Positions 25,404 through 32,000 of a stretch of DNA of 32,000 bases are shown piece after piece. The number at the start of each line of letters is the position of its first letter. Within the stretch, counting starts at the first letter, position 1. The DNA is from an uncultured Actinomycetes bacterium (lineage in GTDB: Bacteria; Actinomycetota; Actinomycetes; S36-B12; CAIYMF01), in the NCBI GenBank assembly GCA_963843975.1, contig CAWJMG010000003.1:1260001-1292000 (forward strand), written 5' to 3'. The notes below the pieces were generated by a model. The model saw only the letters and a list, made by a program, of their open reading frames with translations, searched no databases and was not told where the DNA came from. The position numbers and the translations under genes were made by a program.

Positions 25404-25421
25404 ATGTGCCCGTGGGCACAT
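25404..25421. promoter_or_regulatory. 18-bp palindrome in the 427-nt intergenic region upstream of the malectin-domain gene
   Basis: ATGTGCCC-GT-GGGCACAT has perfect 8-bp arms and lies about 130 nt upstream of ATG 25273. Function is unknown. Confidence 0.25.
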
Positions 25422-25700
25422 CGGCGACGGTCTCCGTGACTCGTCGATGCGGCCGTCCCTGGCCCGTCCGGAGGATCCCCTCCTCACCCCGTCACGGACC
25501 GCGAGCACTCCGTACGTGCTGGATCCGTCACGTCAGGCGACGACACTCACCCGATCGGCCCAGAGAAGGGCGACCTGAGGGACTTCGTCGCGGTCCTGTC
25601 CTCCGGTGACGTGATGTGACATGACCGACGTCGCTCACGATCGACGCACGAGGCAGCAGCGCCGCCGACGTCGGTCGACGGGATCGGCTGGTGTCCGGGT

Positions 25701-26753
25701 TCACCCGCGAGGAGCAACGGCCGATCGCCAGAGAGCGACGTTCCGGCTCGCCTCTACCTCGCGCAGGACGGAGGGGGCATCGTCGGCTGCACCGGCCGCG
25801 GACGGGGCGAGACGGTCGAGGATGCGCAGCGCCGAGCGGGCCCAGGCGAGCGCGAAGAGAGCGGGCTCGAGATCGGCGTCGGTCCGCGCCCCGACGTGCT
25901 GCGCGAAGGCCCGACGGGACGCGCCTGACGGGTCGGCCAGCTCTCGCTCGAACACCGGCACCTCGGCCGCCACGCCGTGCACGCCGGCCTCGGAGAAGGC
26001 GAGGAACGCGAGCAGCTGGGCGAGGTCGTGCCCGATGACGCCGTACTCGCGCCCGAGCTCCCAGTCGACGAGCCCGATCGCCGATCCAGGGCCGTCGAGG
26101 ACGAGGATGTTCGGGTGCGCGGGATCTCCGTGCTCGAACACCGTCGGCAGCAGGCGGCCTCGCAGCGGCTCGACGGCGGCGCGCGTCGCAGCGACCGTTG
26201 CGTGCAGCTCGTGCCCCTCGGGCAGGAGCGCGACCAGCCGTTCGAGCAGCGGCTCGAGCAGGAGCGCCAGCAGATCGGCCCCGTCGGCCTCCCCGGTCAT
26301 CGGCAGCCCGTCGACCCACGTCAGGGCGCTCCCCCGCGCTGCCGCGTCGGTGCGCGCGCGGGCGTGGGTCAGTGGCTCGCCGTTGAGCGGGCTCTCGAGC
26401 AGCAGGCGGCGTCCATCGACACGCACGCAGGCGAGTGCCCCGGGCGTGGTCCCGAGGAGCCCGGGCGCGCGCTGGCCGAGGCGGCGCAGCACGGTGGCCT
26501 CGTGCACCACGGCATGGTCGGCGGTGATCGACCGCGGCACCTTGAGGACGCTGCGCAGGCGCCCCCGGCGGTCGAGGACCAGGCCGACGACGTGGCGCGA
26601 CTCCACGAAGCCCGGGGTCACCACGAGGACGCGTGCGTCAGGCGGCAGCGCGTCCGCGAGGACGGCGGGCTCGGCGCACCAGTCGAGCTCGGAGTCCTGC
26701 GCCGGCACGCCGGTGCGCAGCTGCTCGATGACGCTGTCGAAGTAGGTGCTCAT
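25701..26753 (-). CDS. Aminoglycoside-phosphotransferase-like (APH / protein-kinase-like fold) kinase
   Basis: The listed 739-aa ORF is over-extended. ATG 26753 overlaps the flippase stop (ATGA at 26750-26753) and gives 350 aa. The catalytic-loop motif FEHGDPAHPNILV and the downstream GLVDWELG are present. Confidence 0.75.
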   Translation of the reverse strand: MSTYFDSVIEQLRTGVPAQDSELDWCAEPAVLADALPPDARVLVVTPGFVESRHVVGLVLDRRGRLRSVLKVPRSITADHAVVHEATVLRRLGQRAPGLLGTTPGALACVRVDGRRLLLESPLNGEPLTHARARTDAAARGSALTWVDGLPMTGEADGADLLALLLEPLLERLVALLPEGHELHATVAATRAAVEPLRGRLLPTVFEHGDPAHPNILVLDGPGSAIGLVDWELGREYGVIGHDLAQLLAFLAFSEAGVHGVAAEVPVFERELADPSGASRRAFAQHVGARTDADLEPALFALAWARSALRILDRLAPSAAGAADDAPSVLREVEASRNVALWRSAVAPRG

Positions 26754-28885
26754 GGCCGCGCCCGGCGTCCGGTGGCGATGCGGTCGCGCGCCACCCAGGA
26801 CACCAGCCCGAGGCGCACGAGCACCCGGGCGGCGGCCGACAGGACGCGGCCGCGGCGGCTGCCCTCGTGCCGCCCGAGGGCCACGCGGACGGCGACCGAC
26901 GAGTCGAGGGGCACGAGCATCGAGCGCGAGCTGCGGCGGGGCGCCTCCCAGTGCAGGGCGACGTCGGCGAGTCCCGCCGCGGTCAGCGCGCGGACCGACG
27001 ACCGGAGCGGTCGGCGGGTGGGCGCGAGCTCGACCACCACCCAGGTGCCGTCGGGCACGTCGGCCAGCGCAGCCGCCAGCGCGGCGTCCGGCAGCGGCCC
27101 GAGGCGGACGCCGCCTCCCACGGTCGGGAGGAGGAACAGCGGGTCGTCGGTGCGCGGGTCGAACGGCGGCGGCGGAGGCTCGGCCGGGTCCGTGCCGTCC
27201 GTGGCGGGCGGCACGTCGCCCGCGGCTTCCGGGGCTCCCGCGGACGGCACGAGGTAGGGGTTGCGCCCGCCCTTCGTGCCACGCGCCGACAGCCGGCGCA
27301 GGATGCCGCCGGCGACCGGGATGCGCAGCAGCTCGGGGAAGGTGTGCGCGACGTCGAGGTACGGCAGCGTCACCACGAGAACGCCGATGCTCACGATCGC
27401 GCTGAGCAGCAGGGCGAGGAGGAACCCGACGCCGAGCCATCGCTGCAGCAGCGCGGTGGCCACGACCCCGGCCGCCATCGCGGCGTACGGACCCACCATC
27501 CACCGCTCGACGACGCCGGGTGCCAGCCCCTTGAGGCCGAGCTGGCGCAGGACGTTCCCGAGCACGAGCGACAGCGTCATGCTCACTGCCGCGCCCCAGG
27601 CCCCGTAGCGCGGGATGAGCAGGAAGGCGCTCGCGATGCCGATCGCGAGGGTCGCGAGGTTGGCGAAGAAGATGAAGCGGAGGCGTCCGGCCGTCGCCAT
27701 GAGGATCGCGCTGAAACCCGTGGCCGACTGGAACCAGAAGCCGAACGCGGTGATGGCCAGGAGCGGTGCGCTGGCGGCGTACTGCTGGCCGAGCAGAGTC
27801 GTGGTGACGGGCGGGGCGAACGAGACGCTGAGCACGAGCGCCGGATACGACACGAGGGCGACCCAGAGAGCGGTGCGCCAGTAGGTGAGCCGTACCCCGT
27901 GCATGTCGCCGCGCTGCCACTGCCGCGTGATCATCGGCGGGAACAGCACCCAGAAGGCGCCCGAGGCGGCCATCGACAGCTGGGCGATCGGCATGACGGC
28001 GCGGAGAGCCGCGACGTCCGCCGAGGTGCCCACAGCACCGAGCACGAACGTCGGCAGCGCCATCACGACGACGTACACGAGCGAGGACGTCATGAGGGGG
28101 AAGCCCTCGCGCATCATCGCGCGGACGGGCAGCGTGACGCGGCCGCGCAGCTCGGCGAGGATGCCCATCCGCGACAGCAGCTGCACGACCATGACGGCGT
28201 AGATCGACACACCCAGCAGGGAGGCCAGCACATAGCCGACGGTGAGGCCGTAGACGCCAGCGCCGAGGAGGTAGACGCCGACGATCGCCGTGAGGCGCAG
28301 GCCCGGCTCGAGCAGGTAGCGGCGGACGAAGACCGCACGGGCTCGGGCGAAGGTGGCGAAGGTGTTCATCACCATCGCGTCGAGCGCGCCGAGCGGCGCG
28401 AGCAGCACCATGAGCACGAGCAGGTTGGCCGCGGTGTCCGACGGCGCGATGCCCGGCGACAACCGGCCGTGCCAGATCAGGACCGCCACGAACACGAGGG
28501 AGCCGAGGCCGACGACGACGAGCCCCTCGGTCACGAGGACGCCGACGAGCTTGCGGTCGTCACCCTCCTCGTCGTACTTGGCGAGGAAGCGCGAGTCGAT
28601 GCGGTCGAGCCCGAGCGGGATCACCGACTGCACGAGCGTGACGATCGACAGCGCCCAGGCGAACGAGCCGAAGTCGTCCTTGGTGAGCACGCGCACGAGC
28701 AGCAGCTGGATGACGAGCCCGAGGCCCATGCCGAGCAGGCGGCCGATCAGCAGCAGTGCCGAGCCGCGCATCTGCGCCTTGCTCGAGGCCTTGCCACGGG
28801 GTGCCCGTTGCGGGGCCGAGCCGTCGGTGCCGCTGTCGTCCCCGCCTCCCAGGGAGCCCTGATCGAGCGCCCCGTCGGCGGTCAC
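26750..28885 (-). CDS. Wzx-like polysaccharide flippase (MOP superfamily) with a C-terminal soluble extension of about 200 aa
   Basis: 711 aa. About 12-14 hydrophobic spans run to about residue 507. A Pro-rich linker (PAEPPPPPFDP) follows, then a globular tail (LLPTVGGGVRLGP...WVVVELAPT...HWEAPRRSSRSMLVPLD...). GTG 28885 overlaps the repaired-frame stop of the upstream gene (GTGA at 28882-28885). Confidence 0.75.
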   Translation of the reverse strand: MTADGALDQGSLGGGDDSGTDGSAPQRAPRGKASSKAQMRGSALLLIGRLLGMGLGLVIQLLLVRVLTKDDFGSFAWALSIVTLVQSVIPLGLDRIDSRFLAKYDEEGDDRKLVGVLVTEGLVVVGLGSLVFVAVLIWHGRLSPGIAPSDTAANLLVLMVLLAPLGALDAMVMNTFATFARARAVFVRRYLLEPGLRLTAIVGVYLLGAGVYGLTVGYVLASLLGVSIYAVMVVQLLSRMGILAELRGRVTLPVRAMMREGFPLMTSSLVYVVVMALPTFVLGAVGTSADVAALRAVMPIAQLSMAASGAFWVLFPPMITRQWQRGDMHGVRLTYWRTALWVALVSYPALVLSVSFAPPVTTTLLGQQYAASAPLLAITAFGFWFQSATGFSAILMATAGRLRFIFFANLATLAIGIASAFLLIPRYGAWGAAVSMTLSLVLGNVLRQLGLKGLAPGVVERWMVGPYAAMAAGVVATALLQRWLGVGFLLALLLSAIVSIGVLVVTLPYLDVAHTFPELLRIPVAGGILRRLSARGTKGGRNPYLVPSAGAPEAAGDVPPATDGTDPAEPPPPPFDPRTDDPLFLLPTVGGGVRLGPLPDAALAAALADVPDGTWVVVELAPTRRPLRSSVRALTAAGLADVALHWEAPRRSSRSMLVPLDSSVAVRVALGRHEGSRRGRVLSAAARVLVRLGLVSWVARDRIATGRRARP

Positions 28886-30088
28886 GTCCGGCCCGACCAG
28901 GTACGCCAGACGAGCCGCTCGACGTCGCGTCGCACGGTCTCGGCGTCCTGGGTCGCGTCCACGACCACAACGTTGCCATAGCGCTCGCGCAGGTCGAGGT
29001 ACCGCTGCCGCCGCTCCTCGAGCAGCTCGGGAGTGTGCTCACCCTTCCGGGCGAACATCAACGCGCCGGGGGCGTCCAGGACGACGAAGACGTCCGGGGC
29101 CGGGCAGCTGTGGTGCAGGAGCCAGTAGCTGACGCTCGCGCGGAACGTCGGCTTGCCGGGTCGCAGCAGGGCGTCGACGACGTGCCGGTCGTAGAGGACG
29201 ACGCGACCGCGCCTCTGGTCGACCGCGGCCTTGGTGGAGCGCCAGCGGAAGCTTCGCGAGCTTCACGCCGAGACCGACGCCGGGGACGCGCTGCCACAGC
29301 GGCTCGTTCGGGTCGACCCGGAAGACGCCGAGGTAGCGGATGGAGACGGCGAGCGGGATCGCGTCGCGCAGTCCCTCGACGAGCGTCGTCTTGCCGGCAC
29401 CGTCCGGGCCGAGCACGGCGAGGGACACGCCAGGCTGCCCGGCCGAGCGCCAGGCGAGGGCGTCGCGGACCTTGCGCACGTCCTTCGCCACCCGGCCCCG
29501 GGCGGGCTTGAGCAGCGGGTTCCAGCGGTCGAGGAGCGCGACGAGCGCTGCGTCGTCGCCGGCCCGAGCCGCCTCGACGGCGGCGATGCCGGCCTCGGCC
29601 TGACCCGTGCCGAGCACGCGGTCGACGGCGGCGGGAAGCGGGCCGTCGAGCACGGGCAGGCCGGTGAGCGAGCCAGGGCCGCGGTGCACGGCGCGGATGA
29701 GCGAGAGCCAGTCTCGGTCGACGGTGGACACGCGCCGTACGCCGTCCTCCCCCGCGACCGACCGGGAGACGAGCTCGTCGAGGACGGGCAGGGTGACACT
29801 GCGCGGCCCGGCCGCCTCGAGGACGGGCAGCACGTCGAGGACGAGCCAGCCGTCGTCGGTGCTGGCGCGCCGCACGAGGAGGCGGTGCGGGCGGTGCTCG
29901 GGCGCACGACGCAGGACGAAGCCGCTCGCGACGAGGGCGTCGGTGGCCTCGGTCAGGCGCGACGGAGGGACGAGCACGTCGACGTCGCCCCCCGGGCGGT
30001 CGAGGGCTCCGCGCAGGACCGCCCACGGCACGCCGGACTGCTCGAGCGCGGTGAAGGCGGCGGAGAGGTCAAGGTGCACGGTGGACAT
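28882..30088 (-). pseudogene. Nucleotidyltransferase-like N-domain + P-loop (thymidylate/deoxynucleoside-kinase-like) C-domain, interrupted by a 1-nt insertion (or sequencing error)
   Basis: The span is 1207 nt, which is 3n+1. From ATG 30088 the product reads MSTVHLD...PGGDVDVLVPP (NTase-like)...LGPDGAGKTTLVEGL (Walker A)...GVKLAKL. The frame then degrades into Arg-rich sequence ending at 29039. One frame over it continues RWRSTKAAVDQRRGRVVLYDRHVVDALL...VFVVLDAPGALMFARKGEH...VVVVDATQDAETV... to TGA 28882-28884. Coding strand reads aag ctt C cgc tgg, so the extra base is G at + strand 29247/29248. Confidence 0.7.
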
Positions 30089-30138
30089 GGCGCTGGCGTC
30101 CGCGGCAGTGCCGACCTCGTCCGAGGGGGACGTGACCA

Positions 30139-32000
30139 CTACGACAGGACCTCGATCGCGTTGACCTGCGGGTTGTCCGTCTTGCGACCGAAGGTGATGA
30201 CGATCGGGCTGCCGGTCGTGACCGTGAACGTCTTCACGATTCCCCGCTTCGCACCGCCTGCCGCCGACACGATGTCGAAGCCGGTGAGGACCTTGGTGCC
30301 GTTGATGGACACATCGAAGACCCGCTTGCCCGTGGCGGTCCAGTAGGTCTCGGCGAAGTAGAGCCGGACGGTGTACGTCTTCAGCCCGTTGACCGGCATG
30401 GTCCAGATCATGTTCTTGCCGCCGGACAGGTCGTAGCGCGAGCTCTGGAAGAGCGCGGCCGGCGTCCCCGCGGGGATGGACGGGTCGGACACGTTGATGG
30501 CCGAGGTCGTCGTCGCGACGCCCGTCTTGGTCGACCCGGAGTTGGACCAGGGCGACCGCGACGTGGCGGTGTCGACGAGCCAGCCGCCCGTGAGCGCGGC
30601 GCCGCCGGCGTTGACGCGGTCGAGCGGCGTCAGTGCCGGAGCGGGGCTCACGACCACGGTGGTGCTCGCGGAGGTCGAGCCTCCCGCGTTGGTCGCGGTC
30701 AGGGTCACGGTGTAGGTCCCTGCCGCCGTGAAGGTGTGCGACGGGCTCTGAGCCGTGCTGGTGCCGCCGTCGCCGAAGTCCCACGCCCACGACGTCGCAC
30801 CGCCGGTCGAGGTGTTCGCGAACGTCACTGCGAGCGGCGCGCTGCCCGAGGTGGCCGACGCCGTGAACGACGCGGAGGGAGCCGCCGGGAGGCTGACGTC
30901 CACGGTGGTGCTCGCGGAGGTCGAGCCGCCTGCGTTGGTCGCGGTGAGCGTGACGGTGTAGGACCCGACGGCCGTGAACGTGTGCGACGGGTTGCGCGAG
31001 GTGCTCGCGCCGCCGTCGCCGAAGTCCCACGCCCACGACGTCGCGCCGCCGGTCGAGGTGTCGGTGAACGACACCGCCAGGGGCACGGTGCCGGACGTGG
31101 CCGACGCCGTGAACGACGCGGTGGGTGCGACGGGGGCCGCTACGTCGACGGTGGTGGTGGCCGTGGTGGAGCCGCCGGCGTTGGTGGCGGTGAGCGTGAC
31201 GGTGTACGAGCCCGATGCTGAGAACGTGTGCGAGGGGCTGCGCGAGGTGCTGGTGCCGCCGTCGCCGAAGTCCCACGTCCATGAAGTGGGGGCACCGGTC
31301 GACGTATCGGTGAACGACACGGGGAGCGGTGCGGTGCCGGACGTGGTCGACGCCGTGAACGACGCAGTGGGCGCGACGGGCGCTCCCACCTGGATGACGG
31401 TGGTGGCCGTCGTCGAGCCGCCGTCGTTCGTCGCGGTGAGCGTGACGGTGTAGGCGCCGGACGCGCTGAACGTGTGCGACGGGTTGCGCGACGTGCTCGT
31501 GCCGCCGTCGCCGAAGTCCCACGCCCACGACGTCGCACCGCCGGTGGACGTGTCGCTGAACGACACGGGAAGCGGTGCCGTGCCGGACGTCGTCGACGAC
31601 GTGAACGACGCGGTGGGCGGCGTGACACCGCCGAAGTCGGCGAACCAGTAGCGGGGGCTCGTCTCCGTCGCCGCCAGCACGAGCACGCCCGATGCGGCGG
31701 TCGCCGGCAGCTTGGCCGACGTCGCGTTGTTCATCGAGGCGTTCGACGCCTCGCGCAGCACCGGCACGCCCGCGCCCGAGAACGACAGTGCCGAGAGGGA
31801 GCTCGACTTCTCGTAGACCGTGCCCTGGAACGCCACGATGCCGGCTGTCGAGGGACCGGTGTAGAAGGCGTGGAGCTGGTCGTCGGCCGGGTCTACGACC
31901 ACCATGGGCCGAGTGCCCGAGTCGGCGACGGTGGCGAACGGCGCGGTCGTCCAGGTGCCCGAGGCCGGGGTGTAGACGGCGGCGACGAGCAGCGGGTCGG
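30139..32000 (-). CDS. Large secreted/surface protein: N-terminal domain (continues past window) + 4 PKD repeats + C-terminal malectin-like domain
   Basis: The frame is open from the window edge (32000) through the listed M at 31905. Stop is TAG 30139-30141. Four repeats of about 82 aa carry WxWDFGDGxxS and SHTFxxxGxYTVTLTATN. The C-terminal block RVNAGG...YTVRLYFAETYWTATGKRVFDVSINGTKVLTGFDIVSAAGG...NAIEVL is malectin-like. Confidence 0.85.
   Translation of the reverse strand, partial: DPLLVAAVYTPASGTWTTAPFATVADSGTRPMVVVDPADDQLHAFYTGPSTAGIVAFQGTVYEKSSSLSALSFSGAGVPVLREASNASMNNATSAKLPATAASGVLVLAATETSPRYWFADFGGVTPPTASFTSSTTSGTAPLPVSFSDTSTGGATSWAWDFGDGGTSTSRNPSHTFSASGAYTVTLTATNDGGSTTATTVIQVGAPVAPTASFTASTTSGTAPLPVSFTDTSTGAPTSWTWDFGDGGTSTSRSPSHTFSASGSYTVTLTATNAGGSTTATTTVDVAAPVAPTASFTASATSGTVPLAVSFTDTSTGGATSWAWDFGDGGASTSRNPSHTFTAVGSYTVTLTATNAGGSTSASTTVDVSLPAAPSASFTASATSGSAPLAVTFANTSTGGATSWAWDFGDGGTSTAQSPSHTFTAAGTYTVTLTATNAGGSTSASTTVVVSPAPALTPLDRVNAGGAALTGGWLVDTATSRSPWSNSGSTKTGVATTTSAINVSDPSIPAGTPAALFQSSRYDLSGGKNMIWTMPVNGLKTYTVRLYFAETYWTATGKRVFDVSINGTKVLTGFDIVSAAGGAKRGIVKTFTVTTGSPIVITFGRKTDNPQVNAIEVLS
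30634..31620 (-). repeat. Four tandem repeats of about 246 bp (PKD-domain coding)
   Basis: The 246-nt periodicity is visible directly. For example, ggtgctcgcggaggtcgagcc occurs at 30661 and 30907. Long near-identical stretches occur between units. Confidence 0.9.

Noticed and set aside
25701-27920. 739-aa ORF extending the APH-like gene upstream
   Set aside because: The N-terminal part (about 390 aa) is Arg/Pro/Ala-rich shadow lying out of frame over the flippase gene. The ATG at 26753 forms an ATGA overlap with the flippase stop and starts the recognisable kinase-like sequence.
29039-31528. 829-aa ORF overlapping the PKD/malectin gene
   Set aside because: Its N-terminal part (about 480 aa, His/Arg/Asp-rich and repetitive) is an out-of-frame, same-strand shadow of the PKD repeats. 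Only the part from ATG 30088 downstream has recognisable domains.

Overview
High-GC (about 70% by eye) actinobacterial-type chromosomal segment. I saw no rRNA, tRNA, CRISPR array, transposase or integrase. All family assignments are motif recognition from memory, not searches.

Layout:
- 1-7.6 kb: miscellaneous small genes. These are a DUF559-like fragment, a cysteine-dioxygenase-like cupin, a fasciclin protein, a DinB/DUF664 protein, a crotonase, a PPOX-GMC oxidoreductase pair, a UPF0104 membrane protein and a Pr6Pr membrane protein.
- 7.6-11.8 kb (minus strand): a multi-pass hybrid sensor histidine kinase translationally coupled to a REC-EAL (c-di-GMP phosphodiesterase) response regulator.
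- 12.0-13.0 kb: two tandem paralogous small secreted two-cysteine proteins that I cannot assign to any family, transcribed divergently from the kinase.
- 13.0-15.4 kb: metY-metX. metY carries a 1-nt insertion that the ORF track hides as an 825-aa fusion ORF.
- 15.8-32.0 kb (all minus strand): a Wzx/Wzy-type polysaccharide locus. It contains a priming phosphoglycosyl transferase, a Wzy-like protein, a Wzz-like protein without a P-loop, a GT-B glycosyltransferase and a fused Alg14/Alg13-like transferase. It also has two paralogues of an unassigned extracytoplasmic domain, two malectin-like proteins (one with 4 PKD repeats) and a flippase with a long C-terminal extension. An APH-like kinase and a second frameshifted gene (nucleotidyltransferase-like plus P-loop kinase-like) complete it.

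Seven of the gene junctions I call, plus the junction restored by repairing the second frameshift, are 4-nt ATGA/GTGA overlaps.

Best candidates for something undescribed:
- the secreted paralogue pair next to the kinase/EAL operon;
- the shared unassigned domain in the polysaccharide locus;
- the flippase-extension/kinase/nucleotidyltransferase sub-operon.
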